From Cenarchaeum sp. (GTDB lineage: Archaea > Thermoproteota > Nitrososphaeria > Nitrososphaerales > Nitrosopumilaceae), in contig OZ242221.1 of NCBI GenBank assembly GCA_965206845.1, positions 320,001 to 384,000 on the forward strand: a DNA stretch of 64,000 nucleotides, given 5' to 3'. A model generated the notes under the pieces. It saw only the letters and a list, made by a program, of their open reading frames with translations, was not told where the DNA came from and searched no databases. This document shows, piece by piece, positions 20,131 to 30,081 of the stretch. The translations under genes were made by a program, and so were the position numbers. Each line of letters begins with the position of its first letter. Within the stretch, counting starts at the first letter, position 1.

Positions 20131-20432
20131 CTGGATGCAACCACACATCCGGACAAGATCCACGAATCCTGTCTTGAGTGTGCCGGATCCTTGCAGGACA
20201 AACTCCTTGGAAAGCCCAAATCTGGCTGCAACGTCACACCAAAGGATCTTCAATCCCTGCTTTGTTCGCCCTGTTTGAGATACAGTGCGTCTGAAGGTGG
20301 GCCTGACCGGACGGTTTATCCAAAAGGCAGGTCCGCCCAGCTCCGGTTTTTCAGATCTTTAATCGGAATACTACGCACATACGCACACACACACCGTGAC
20401 GGGCCTTCATGCCACACCCGGCACTACGGGGA

Positions 20433-21311
20433 TCACAGCCGGAAGTGAAAGGCCGCATCGGCTGCCACCGCGGCAAAGATGATCGTCAGGTACGGCGCCG
20501 TTACCTTGTACGCCTTCCAGGCAAAGTCCGCGGTGGGGGTCTGCGTGAGCCTGTAATGGTACACGAGCATCATCCCGCCAGAGACGGCGGCTATGACCAC
20601 GTAGACCACACCCATGCCAAAGGCGTAGAGGGCAAGCGAGAACGGAACCAGGATTAGCGTGTTGGCCAGGATGTACTTTGAGGTTCGCTGCATGCCGATG
20701 ACCACCGGCAGCATGGGCACGTTGGCCTCCTCGTAGTCGGCCCTTATCTTCATTGCAAGGCACCAAAAGTGCGACGGCGTCCAGGCAAAGACCAGAAAGC
20801 CCACCATAAACCCCAGAATGTCAAGGGATCCGGTGGCGCCAGCCCATCCGGCCCAGGACGCAGCGCTGCCGGCAATTCCGCCTATCACAATATTTGAGGT
20901 GTTGATGCGCTTGAGCCAGACGGTGTAGATTATGACGTATGAGAATATCCCCAGTGCGATAAAGAACGCTGCAAGCCAGTTGAGCGCAAGGTACCCGTAG
21001 ACTACAGATGCCGCGCTCAACACCAGCCCGTACACAAACACCTGGCGCTCCCCGATCCGGCCTGACGGGATGGGCCTGGTGCTGGTTCTCTTCATCATGG
21101 GATCTATGTCCCTGTCGTAGTAGTGATTAAGCGCGCTCGAGCCGGCAGACGCCATCGCGCCGGCAACTATGATGTGCAGGTAGGCCCAGAGATCAAGATC
21201 GGGCGCCCCGGAGACAAGCCTGCTTGCGGCATACATCGAGGCCACTGCGGTAATTACCAGCAGCACGACTATCCGCGGCTTGGATACCTCCATTATCTCT
21301 CTTAATCCCAA
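20433..21311 (-). CDS. ctaB: protoheme IX farnesyltransferase (heme o synthase)
   Basis: SKPRIV, NHYYDRDIDPMMKRTSTRPIPSG, YTVWLKR, WTPSHFW, DYEEANVPMLP. Confidence 0.95.
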   Translation of the reverse strand: MGLREIMEVSKPRIVVLLVITAVASMYAASRLVSGAPDLDLWAYLHIIVAGAMASAGSSALNHYYDRDIDPMMKRTSTRPIPSGRIGERQVFVYGLVLSAASVVYGYLALNWLAAFFIALGIFSYVIIYTVWLKRINTSNIVIGGIAGSAASWAGWAGATGSLDILGFMVGFLVFAWTPSHFWCLAMKIRADYEEANVPMLPVVIGMQRTSKYILANTLILVPFSLALYAFGMGVVYVVIAAVSGGMMLVYHYRLTQTPTADFAWKAYKVTAPYLTIIFAAVAADAAFHFRL

Positions 21312-21688
21312 CTACATCATTGGCTTTGCCATTGAATTTAATTCCTTTGTAATTTTGTCCGTACTGGATCATCCGTATCCGGTCGCGTGCAAAGTCTCTT
21401 GTGGACACGCTCTCCACAAGCATGAGAAGAAGGAATGCCACGCTCTCTGCAGACAATGCCCAAACGGCCCTGCCGGTCTGCCGCGGCGCAGCATACGGGC
21501 GCCGGCTCCGTAGGGCCGCCCGGGACTTTGCTATGTGGTGTAGCCGCCCAGAGTGGCATGCCAGATTCCGAGTCAGCGCGATCAGGGACAGGATGCCCGT
21601 CCAGCACGGTGCTGGGCCTGGCTCCCGCGTCAGCAGGAAGACATGTTTCAAAAGGATTTAATTATCTCGGCTCGGCCAGCTACCGTAA

Positions 21689-22765
21689 ATGAGCAATTGG
21701 GATCTCATGATGCCGGGCATGGGCCTTACGGCAATCGGCCTTGCAGGTGTCTTTATCTCGTACTCCGGCTTGGCCCACACGTTTATCGACGGCATGCATG
21801 CCCTCACGGGGCTCACCATGTTCATAGGCCTCATATTCCTGTCCACGGGAATCCTGGACGGCGGTGTATCCACCAGCAACAGGGCCAAGGCAACGACGCT
21901 TGTGATAATCTCAATTGCGCTGTCCTTTGGGGTCTTCGGATTTACCCTGGGAACCTTTGACTCGACTAGCATCTTTGCCGGAATTATGATGGCCCTTGTG
22001 ACGCCTGCCGTCGTCATATCATACATGGCCGCCAAGATGCCCCAGTTTTTGCGGCCCGTCGGTACCATCTTTGCCCTGGCCATAGGCGCAGGGATCCTAT
22101 CCTTTGTGGGCTTTGGCCTAGTAGGGCCTGACCCGTATCTCATTCCGGAGCAGATAGAGATCGAGCTGGATGTGATACCGGATATCATCTCTGATGCGCC
22201 AGTGTTTACCATCGTCATGCTGGCGGGATCCGCAGATCAGGGAAACCCGGACTATGATCCAGACCTGGCCGTCGTCCAGCAGGGAGACCGTGTCGTGTGG
22301 TCCAACGAGGACGACGTTGCCCACACCTCAACCAGCAGTGTGGACTTTGGGGACACCTTTGACACGGGCCTTCTGGGCGTCGGAGCCACGTACACACTAG
22401 ACACCGCAGACATACCCGTAGGCGAGTACGACTACCTGTGCTCCGTTCATCCATGGATGACCTCGGTTCTGATCATCGAGGGCACTCCAGAGCCCGCCGT
22501 GGTGTCGCTGCCCATGGGATCATCGCTCCAACAGCCCGGGCAGATCTACTACGACCCTGATCTGATAGTCGTGTCCGTCGGCGACACTGTGGCATGGAAC
22601 AACGACGACAACGCAATACACACCGTTACCGCAAACCAGAACGAGTTTGACTCCGGACTGCTGACGGTAGGTGGCGTCTTCGAGTACACCTTTGAGGAAG
22701 AGGGAACGTTTGACTACCTGTGTACGGTTCATCCCTGGATGGTTGGAACTGTAATAGTGGAATAG
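21689..22765 (+). CDS. polytopic membrane protein with two C-terminal plastocyanin-like cupredoxin domains
   Basis: N-terminal TM helices; HT..., YLCSVHPWM and YLCTVHPWM type-1 copper sites. Confidence 0.88.
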   Translation: MSNWDLMMPGMGLTAIGLAGVFISYSGLAHTFIDGMHALTGLTMFIGLIFLSTGILDGGVSTSNRAKATTLVIISIALSFGVFGFTLGTFDSTSIFAGIMMALVTPAVVISYMAAKMPQFLRPVGTIFALAIGAGILSFVGFGLVGPDPYLIPEQIEIELDVIPDIISDAPVFTIVMLAGSADQGNPDYDPDLAVVQQGDRVVWSNEDDVAHTSTSSVDFGDTFDTGLLGVGATYTLDTADIPVGEYDYLCSVHPWMTSVLIIEGTPEPAVVSLPMGSSLQQPGQIYYDPDLIVVSVGDTVAWNNDDNAIHTVTANQNEFDSGLLTVGGVFEYTFEEEGTFDYLCTVHPWMVGTVIVE

Positions 22766-22767
22766 CA

Positions 22768-23175
22768 TTGTACAGAACCATATCGATCTCTCTGGATCAG
22801 AGGCGTCAGCTGCTCCGGCATGCCGCAGACGGCATGCCATACGAGTCGTGTGCCATACTCCTGGGAACGAGCCAGAACCAGGATGCCACGGTAGCCGAGA
22901 TCTATCTCACGGAGAATGCGGACAGATCCTCCACAAGGTTTACCGTCTCAAGCAAGGATCTGATGGAGATATACGCAACAGCAGAGAGAAAGAGCCTTGA
23001 GGTGGTGGCCATATTTCACTCCCACCCGCTCTCCGAAGCGTACCCCTCTGCCACGGACCAAAAGTTCATGTTCAACAACCCGGTGGTCTGGGTCATTGCA
23101 GGGCTAGCCCGCACGATCAGAGCGTTTGTCCTGGATCCCGGGGTACGCGAGATTCCGATCATACAGCAAAGTTGA
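22768..23175 (+). CDS. Mov34/JAMM metalloprotease
   Basis: PYESCAIL, FHSHP...PSATD. Confidence 0.88.
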   Translation: MYRTISISLDQRRQLLRHAADGMPYESCAILLGTSQNQDATVAEIYLTENADRSSTRFTVSSKDLMEIYATAERKSLEVVAIFHSHPLSEAYPSATDQKFMFNNPVVWVIAGLARTIRAFVLDPGVREIPIIQQS

Positions 23176-23297
23176 GGGCGGGCCGCAGGCGCCGACCCGT
23201 GTGCGCAGGCCGACATTCCACGGCCGCAGAACGCCACCATATATCCTGCACGCAGAGCAGGTTCCTTGAAATAAATATCCCCTGCTTTGTGGGATGG

Positions 23298-23556
23298 TAT
23301 GCAAATCCACGTATACGACACATACGTCAGATCAAAGGCAGGACACATCATGCACTTTGACGTGATTACCGGCGAAAAGGATCACGGCAAGGCCATAGAG
23401 TACGGCAAGGAGTGGTTGACATCAGTCGGCGAGGACGGAGCCACCATCACGACAAACGAGTGCCAGTTCTGCCACTCCCAGGGAGCCCCCGAACCTGTAG
23501 AGAGCGAGATCAGGGAGAAGGGGTACTTTATCCAGAAGATGGAAGGCTGTCCCTAG
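23298..23556 (+). CDS. DUF2024 family protein
   Basis: MQIHVYDTYV...MHFDV...ECQFCHSQ. Confidence 0.8.
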
Positions 23557-23682
23557 GCCTTCATCGACCCTTTTTTTTTATTTAGATTTGCGGCATGGGA
23601 TCAGATCCCATTTCAACCACGCACCCAGAAGAGTCCCTGCGCCCGGCTCGGTACTACAGGCGGCACTGTGTCCGCAGCCAGC

Positions 23683-23943
23683 CTAGCCGTGACCCGTGCT
23701 TGGGGCAAACGCGTCTCCCTGGCATGCCTTGCTAGAGTCAGTCGCAAACACCCGGTTCTCCGTGGACCACCAGTACGCGGTGGCAGTATAGTCCACAATC
23801 TCCCCACAGTCCATGCCCCGTATCAGCTCCATCTGCGCCTCTGCCAGCGGATCAAGGTAGAGCACCTTGTAGATCCCGATGTAGACGCCGAGCACTATGC
23901 CCACGGCAAGAAATATGGCTGCGATAACAAAACCGTACTCCAT
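23683..23943 (-). CDS. hypothetical single-TM protein
   Basis: MEYGFVIAAIFLAVGIVLGVYIG TM helix; start uncertain. Confidence 0.45.
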   Translation of the reverse strand: MEYGFVIAAIFLAVGIVLGVYIGIYKVLYLDPLAEAQMELIRGMDCGEIVDYTATAYWWSTENRVFATDSSKACQGDAFAPSTGHG

Positions 23944-24008
23944 TGCTGATACGCCCGGGATTGCCATATTTTTAGTTTTGACATGGAATACGGCGCAGGC
24001 AGCCTGCC

Positions 24009-24320
24009 GTGCCGGGCAGGGGAGATCGCAGGATATGCGGTGCCCGCACCCAGATGGATGAAGATGTGACATCGCATGGCAGAGGACGGCAGATCGCGAG
24101 ATTTTTTAGGAGACGGCTTGCACACACAAGCATGAAGCACCCATACGTGCGCCTCACAGTCGAGGGGGACAAGAGCACCAAGTGGATCTGCGGCTGCTTT
24201 CAGACAGAGGACGGCTTTTTCAAGTTCTGCCCCAGGCACGACGAGATCATGAGGAAGACCATCCTGGCACAGATCGACGAGATGGACATGACCACGGAGA
24301 TAAGGGATCCCGACGCGTGA
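24009..24320 (+). CDS. hypothetical protein with Cys motifs
   Basis: WICGCF...FCPRH; real start probably internal. Confidence 0.5.
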   Translation: MPGRGDRRICGARTQMDEDVTSHGRGRQIARFFRRRLAHTSMKHPYVRLTVEGDKSTKWICGCFQTEDGFFKFCPRHDEIMRKTILAQIDEMDMTTEIRDPDA

Positions 24321-24329
24321 CCGGAACGG

Positions 24330-26372
24330 CTAGAGCGCGACTATGGCCACAAACGCCGACACGAAGACGATTGCCACCGTGTTGAGCAGCTTTATCACCG
24401 TGTTGAGCGCCGGGCCCGCGGTGTCCTTGTAGGGATCGCCGATGATGTCTCCCACCACGGCCACCTTGTGCTCCTCGCTCCCCCTCTGGCCCCTCATCTC
24501 CACCAGCTTCTTTGCGTTGTCCCAGGCACCGCCGGTGTTCGCAAGGTGGTACGCCAGGAATATCCCGGTTACGACGGCGCCCATCAGGAGCCCCGCAACC
24601 GCGGTGGGCCCCAGCAGCACCCCCAGTATGATGGGCGCAGTGATTGCCATAACGGCAGACTTCCAGAGCTCCTTGATCGACGCCACGGTGGCGATGTCCA
24701 CGCACCGGGCATAGTCGGGCTTTGACTTGCCTGTAAGAATTCCCGGATCGGCCTTGAACTGCCTTCGCACCTCGTCGACCATCTTGGTTGCGGCACGGGT
24801 TACGCCGCTGATGAGCTGGCCCGTGATTATAAACGGGAGCAGCCCGCCGACCAGGAGCCCGATCACCACGGCGGGGTTTGTCAGGCTGTAGTCGAGCTCC
24901 AGCACACCCGCAAAGAAGTGGGCAGCCTCATACTGGAATGCCTGGATCATTGCCAGTGCAGCCAGGGCCGCGCTGGCAATTGCAAAGCCCTTTGTCACGG
25001 CCTTGGTGGTGTTGCCCACCGCGTCTATCTCGTCGGTGATCTTCCGGTTTGCCTCCCCCATGCCCGTCATCTCGACTATGCCGCCGGCGTTGTCTGCAAT
25101 GGGCCCGAAGGCGTCTATGCTGAGCACGATTCCGGCCAGGCTGAGCATCGCCATGGCAGTCAGCGACGTGCCAAGGATTCCGTACAGCACGGGATCCGCA
25201 CCCTCCGGCGCCGCCGCCGAGGATATGCCGTAGGAGAGGGTTATCGCGACCACCAGCGCTAGCATGAACGGTCCGGTGGACTGCAGTCCCTTGACGATTC
25301 CCATCAGCGTCAGCGACGCATAGCCCCACTTGGCGGACTCGGCAATCTCTTTTACCGGACCGTACTTGTAGCTGGTGTACCTGTCGGTAATCTTCTGGAT
25401 CACGGGAACCAGGATTACGCCGATCACCGTTGCGCCAAACAGCGCGTATGCGGCGCTGGACTCGCCGATGAAATAGTATGTAAACGCAAAGTTGAGCGCG
25501 ACGGCAATTCCCGCAGACACGTAGAATGAGCGGTTCAGCGGAGCCATCACGTCGGTCACGTTCTTGGATCTTATGATGAGCACGCCCACGATTGATGCGA
25601 TCATGCCAGACGCCCCGATGAGCATCGGGTACAGCACCAGCTCCGGCGCCCCGATCAGCGCAGTGATCAGCAGCGCAGCAAGGATGGTAACTATGTAGGA
25701 CTCGTAGATGTCAGAGCCCATGCCCGCGGCATCGCCGACGTTGTCGCCCACGTTGTCGGCTATGGTGGCCGGGTTACGAGGATCGTCCTCTGGTATGTTG
25801 GCCTCCACCTTCCCCACCAGGTCGGCCCCCATGTCGGCTGCCTTTGTGAAGATTCCGCCGCCGATCCTTATGAAGAGGGCTATGAGGCTGGCGCCTATGC
25901 CGACTCCGGCAATCGTGATGGGATCCGGATACACCATGTACAGGCCGGTAATCACCAGCAGCGCCATGGCAGGCACCGCGAGACCCACGGTTGCCCCACC
26001 CCTAAAGGCCATGACAAAGGTGCTTCCCAGGCCGACATTGCTCAGGTTCGCGGCCCTCACCGCAGTCTTGACGGTAATCTTGAGTGAGATCAGCCCGGCC
26101 ACGGCAGACAGGGTCGCGCCGACGGCAAACGCGACTCCGTTTGAGAACTCCAGGAATGCTCCGATGAGCACCGCCAACCCAATTGCCACGGGAATTATAA
26201 TCTTCATCTCCCTTCTGATAAACGCCGAGGCACCCACCTTGACGGCATCGGAGATCTCCTGCATCTCCTTGGTGCCGGCAGGCTGCCTTGAGATCCATGC
26301 CACAAGACCGCCAGCTATAATAAAAGAAACTATTCCTGCCACAATGGGCAGAAGTTCGTGGGGAAGATCCAT
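24330..26372 (-). CDS. hppA: membrane-bound proton-translocating pyrophosphatase (K+-independent type)
   Basis: GGIFTKAADMGADLVGKVE, DNVGDNVGD, GNTTKA (Lys at the K+ determinant position), GDPYKD. Confidence 0.95.
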   Translation of the reverse strand: MDLPHELLPIVAGIVSFIIAGGLVAWISRQPAGTKEMQEISDAVKVGASAFIRREMKIIIPVAIGLAVLIGAFLEFSNGVAFAVGATLSAVAGLISLKITVKTAVRAANLSNVGLGSTFVMAFRGGATVGLAVPAMALLVITGLYMVYPDPITIAGVGIGASLIALFIRIGGGIFTKAADMGADLVGKVEANIPEDDPRNPATIADNVGDNVGDAAGMGSDIYESYIVTILAALLITALIGAPELVLYPMLIGASGMIASIVGVLIIRSKNVTDVMAPLNRSFYVSAGIAVALNFAFTYYFIGESSAAYALFGATVIGVILVPVIQKITDRYTSYKYGPVKEIAESAKWGYASLTLMGIVKGLQSTGPFMLALVVAITLSYGISSAAAPEGADPVLYGILGTSLTAMAMLSLAGIVLSIDAFGPIADNAGGIVEMTGMGEANRKITDEIDAVGNTTKAVTKGFAIASAALAALAMIQAFQYEAAHFFAGVLELDYSLTNPAVVIGLLVGGLLPFIITGQLISGVTRAATKMVDEVRRQFKADPGILTGKSKPDYARCVDIATVASIKELWKSAVMAITAPIILGVLLGPTAVAGLLMGAVVTGIFLAYHLANTGGAWDNAKKLVEMRGQRGSEEHKVAVVGDIIGDPYKDTAGPALNTVIKLLNTVAIVFVSAFVAIVAL

Positions 26373-26674
26373 CCTACACCAGCAAGCCAATAATCCTGAA
26401 ATATAAATTATCAAGCAGCAAGAGTGGCAGGCAGTTGGGTCTCCTTCGCCATGTCCGTAGGGAGTCGGTTAGGCATAGATCAAACCCTTGAATTCTGTCG
26501 TATCCGCCATCATTTGTGCCCAAACCCGCACGGAACGGTCACAAATATCCGGACAGAACCAGCCATCAGCCAGATCAAACAGTAACGATCTAACCTCTTA
26601 CGAGGGGGACGCGAAAGGTCCGGTGCCGTCCGCAACCTTTGGCGTCCCGTCCTGCCATCCCTGGCAGAGGCGGA

Positions 26675-27037
26675 TCAGCGCCTCTTGCGGTACGGCAAAA
26701 AGACGCCGCCCCGCCTTGCCCGTCTTATGAGCCCGTTAAACCGGCGCCCGTGGCTGAGGTATGGAAACCGCATGTGGATCAGCTCATGGACTATGGTCTC
26801 GTCTAGCACCTGCTCGTTGGGAATCTTTCGTATGTTTATGAAGATCATGTTGCTTTTGAGGTACGCCACGCCATAGTACCGGTATGCCGTGCTTCGCCTT
26901 CCCCTAGTCATCTGCCGGGGCATCTCTAGCACGTCCTTGGTTGTCAGCAGCACCCGCGGCTCGGCAATGGAGAGCCGGCCGGAGTAGATGCTGACCTTTT
27001 CAAGAATCTGCCATTTGAGATCTGGATCCAGCCTCAC
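26675..27037 (-). CDS. YgjP/SprT-like HExxH metallopeptidase domain protein
   Basis: TIVHELIHMRFPYLSHGRRF. Confidence 0.7.
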   Translation of the reverse strand: MRLDPDLKWQILEKVSIYSGRLSIAEPRVLLTTKDVLEMPRQMTRGRRSTAYRYYGVAYLKSNMIFINIRKIPNEQVLDETIVHELIHMRFPYLSHGRRFNGLIRRARRGGVFLPYRKRR

Positions 27038-27243
27038 GACAGAGACTCGATGCGCCGCAGTATATCCGGCGGTGTCAGCTGTTGCTGCGGGTTTGGTCTA
27101 CTTTTTGGCAGGCCGCCTCCCCCGCACTGCCGCGGCCGGGGATCGCCCGGGCCGTGCGGTATCTGATCCGAACATCTAGGTCATTGGGACGACAGGATCA
27201 GAAAATTAGCAGTGTAATCACGAATCATACAGCCACCGTCTCA

Positions 27244-27726
27244 TCATATCCTGTCCATCATATCTAGGAGCGAGTGAGCCTTATCTCTTACTTGCGCGCT
27301 GACGTGCACCACGACCAGACCCTCATTTGGCTGGCCGTACATTACCGTCGAGCCCAGGGGGGCACTGGTGCATACGGGCAGAACCAGCAGATCCTCCTCG
27401 CCGTCCACCAGTATCCTGGAAGGCTTTGGGGAGGCAAGGGCCTCGTCTATGGCCGTGATCGCCTCCTCGGTGATCCCGCCGGGCGGGTTGCTACACCTTA
27501 TGCGGGTTCTCAGCAGTCCCCTATCCGGAAGATCCCTCCTTGCCCGCTTTTCAGTGCCGTCAACTATCTGAACCGACGGGACGATGCCGTACTGCATCAT
27601 CTTCTGCGTGGTGGCATCCCCTACGGTAATCAGCATGCCGTCGCCAAGCTCATCTAGCACGTTCTCCTGCGAGGTATCGGCATCCGGAATCAGCTTGCCA
27701 AGCGGCGTCTTGAACCTGTCACGCAT
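27244..27726 (-). CDS. GTP-dependent dephospho-CoA kinase (DUF359)
   Basis: KTPLG, ITVGD, NPPGGIT, VDGEEDLL, YGQPNEG. Confidence 0.88.
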   Translation of the reverse strand: MRDRFKTPLGKLIPDADTSQENVLDELGDGMLITVGDATTQKMMQYGIVPSVQIVDGTEKRARRDLPDRGLLRTRIRCSNPPGGITEEAITAIDEALASPKPSRILVDGEEDLLVLPVCTSAPLGSTVMYGQPNEGLVVVHVSAQVRDKAHSLLDMMDRI

Positions 27727-27751
27727 TCCTTCGGCAATCTTTCCGGCGTAT

Positions 27752-28885
27752 CTACGGGCTGACGGTTCCAATGACCTGTCCTGTGTCCTGCGGTGGCGCC
27801 TCCGGTGGATCGTCCGGGGCGGCCATCTCCTCCCTGAGCTTGGCGGCAAGAATGCTGCACTGGGCGGCTATGTTCTTTGCCGCCGACTCGAAGGCCAGTG
27901 CGGCGGGGAGATCCGGATCTGAAAGCATGATCGACCTTCCAAGGTCTGAGCCCGACATTATGTCAGAGTGGAGCGGTATCTCTCCCAGGAACGGTATGCT
28001 GAACTTTTCGCTGATCTTTCTGGCCCCGCCCTCGCCAAATATGTAGTGCCTCTGGTCGCATCCGGTGCAGATAAAGTGGCTCATGTTTTCAACCACGCCT
28101 ATGATGGGAACGTTCAGCTTCTCAAACATGCCTATCGCCTTGACGGCCACGTTGCTTGCCACATCCTGGGGGGTTGTAACTACAAGTATGCCGGTAATCG
28201 GGATGGTCTGCGCCAGCGTAAGCGGGATGTCACCTGTTCCGGGCGGCAGGTCCACCACAAGGTAGTCCAGGTCAGACCAATTGGTGTCGACCAGAAACTG
28301 CTTGAGGATGCCAGATATGATCGGTCCACGGTATATGGCTGCCTGGTGCTGCTGCTCTGCAAAGAATCCAAACGACACCACCTGGATGCCGCTTGCGGTT
28401 GCCGGCTGCAGCTTGTTGTTCTCCACCTCCATGTATGCGTCCTTCATGCCAAGCATCAGCGGTATGCTGGGGCCGTATATGTCGGCATCCAAGAGGCCAA
28501 CCTTGGCCCCTGACTTTGACAGCGCCAGCGCCAGGTTCAGGGAGACTGTAGACTTGCCGACCCCACCTTTGCCGCTTGCGACGCCGATGATGTTCTTTAC
28601 GGTCGACATTCCCGTGTCGTCGTCCAGGGAGCGGCCCTCCATGACCTTGGCGGTAACCTTGAGGTCAAAGCTGCGCACCCCATCAAGCTCCCCTATCACC
28701 CGTCGGACATCCTCCTCGATGTCTGCGTTAAACGGACAGGCCGGGGTGGTCAGCTCCAGTGTAAACTTGAGGTCGCCCTGATCCAGCTCCAGATCCTTGA
28801 TCATCCCCATCGAGACGATGTCCTTCTTCAGATCAGGATCGATTACCGTGCTCAGCTTCTCAAGTACCTGATCTACTCCAGCCAT
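27752..28885 (-). CDS. mrp: Mrp/NBP35 Fe-S cluster carrier ATPase
   Basis: DUF59 N-terminus (LTTPACP), ASGKGGVGKST, DLPPGTGD, ENMS..C..C. Confidence 0.93.
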   Translation of the reverse strand: MAGVDQVLEKLSTVIDPDLKKDIVSMGMIKDLELDQGDLKFTLELTTPACPFNADIEEDVRRVIGELDGVRSFDLKVTAKVMEGRSLDDDTGMSTVKNIIGVASGKGGVGKSTVSLNLALALSKSGAKVGLLDADIYGPSIPLMLGMKDAYMEVENNKLQPATASGIQVVSFGFFAEQQHQAAIYRGPIISGILKQFLVDTNWSDLDYLVVDLPPGTGDIPLTLAQTIPITGILVVTTPQDVASNVAVKAIGMFEKLNVPIIGVVENMSHFICTGCDQRHYIFGEGGARKISEKFSIPFLGEIPLHSDIMSGSDLGRSIMLSDPDLPAALAFESAAKNIAAQCSILAAKLREEMAAPDDPPEAPPQDTGQVIGTVSP

Positions 28886-29194
28886 GCGCAAGGAATTGCG
28901 GAGTGCATTATTTAGTTCTTATGGGAGCCTCCGGTTCTGCAGGCTCGGACACAGGCGATGACAAGGCAGGCGCCTGGCCCGTGCCCGTCCCAGCGCACTA
29001 TCCCGATCCTGCAGCGGATCAGGCCGCCGCAGTCCTGTCAAGGGACTGGCTCTGCCCAGATGCTCCTAGCCGTTCCCCACTGCATGGGCGCAGGTAATGT
29101 CAGGCACGGCAGAATGTAAGAGCCAAACCCCCGCCCAATCAAATTCTTCACCGGATCCCCAACTAAAGATTCATAAATCCAAATCTGGCAGAAG

Positions 29195-29794
29195 ATGCCA
29201 GTGTTTTCTATATCAACGCTGTTAGATGTAATAAGGATCCCTCCGGATCGATTTAACGCCTCACTAAAAGAGGCGGCGATTGCCATACTGAAGGAAAAGT
29301 ACGAGAGCATGATCAACGCCGAGCTGGGCTACATCATCATGATAATGGATGCCAAGGTGGACAGGATGGGAAAGATGATCGCAGGAGACGGAGGGACATT
29401 TCACAAGGTGGAGTTTGAGGCGCTGACGTTCTATCCCAAAATGCAGGAGATTGTGCAGGGGGAGATTGTAGATATCACGGACTTTGGGGCATTTGTCAGA
29501 ATAGGCCCAACCGACGCACTGCTGCACCTGTCACAGGTGATGGACGACTACCTAAAGAGCGACGTCAAGGCAGGCATCATAATTGCAAACCAGAGCGGCC
29601 GCACGCTCAGGGTGGGCTCTACGCTTCGGGCCCGCATTACCGCGGTATCCCTTGGCAAGGCCGCATCCATGGGCAAGATCGGAATCACCTGCAGGCAGCC
29701 GTTCTTGGGTGCTGATGCGTGGATCGCAGAGGAGCTCAAAAAGGCCGAAGAGGGGACTGAAAAGCCAAAGATGGCAGAGATAAAGGAGAAGTAG
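29195..29794 (+). CDS. rpoE1: DNA-directed RNA polymerase subunit E' (Rpo7)
   Basis: DVIRIPP, S1 domain DFGAFVRIGPTDALLHLSQV, CRQPFLG. Confidence 0.95.
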   Translation: MPVFSISTLLDVIRIPPDRFNASLKEAAIAILKEKYESMINAELGYIIMIMDAKVDRMGKMIAGDGGTFHKVEFEALTFYPKMQEIVQGEIVDITDFGAFVRIGPTDALLHLSQVMDDYLKSDVKAGIIIANQSGRTLRVGSTLRARITAVSLGKAASMGKIGITCRQPFLGADAWIAEELKKAEEGTEKPKMAEIKEK

Positions 29795-29795
29795 G

Positions 29796-29984
29796 ATGGC
29801 AAGAGAGATGGCCTGCAGAAAGTGCAAGCATGTAACAATAGGCAAGGTATGCCCCGCCTGCAAGTCGTCTGATCTGACGCCGGACTGGGAGGGAATCGTG
29901 CTGATAATCAACCCCACGGGATCCCAGATAGCGCAGACCCTGGGAATTACCGCAAAGGGCAAGTACGCGCTAAAAGTGACATAG
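29796..29984 (+). CDS. spt4: transcription elongation factor Spt4 (RpoE'')
   Basis: ACRKCK...CPACKS...WEGIV...GKYALKV. Confidence 0.93.
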   Translation: MAREMACRKCKHVTIGKVCPACKSSDLTPDWEGIVLIINPTGSQIAQTLGITAKGKYALKVT

Positions 29985-30060
29985 GACATGTCGCGCGTAT
30001 CGAGTTTGGTCATTTGCCGATGTGCCATGGCAACATGCTATCCAGACAAAACATGAGTAA

Positions 30061-30081
30061 TGGGCCGGATGGAGTTTGCAC
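30061..30081. repeat. degenerate att-like copy of the tRNA-Val 3' end
   Basis: TGGGCCGGATGGAGTTTGCAC vs TGGACCGGATGGGATTTGAAC (42494-42514): 17/21 identical, same orientation. Confidence 0.55.

Larger units (their letters stand above)
10694..20373 (+). mobile_element. IS630-family element (outermost host of nested insertions)
   Basis: Imperfect TIR TAGTAATACGAATAAAGATT / TAGTATTCCGATTAAAGATC; CGCA direct repeats at 10690-10693 and 20374-20377. Confidence 0.8.

Noticed and set aside
21338-21651. ORFs between ctaB and the cupredoxin gene
   Set aside because: No recognisable motifs; the region contains divergent promoters.
29043-29135. Possible cobalamin-riboswitch-like fold upstream of mrp
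   Set aside because: Only short generic motifs and a 7-bp stem; insufficient evidence.
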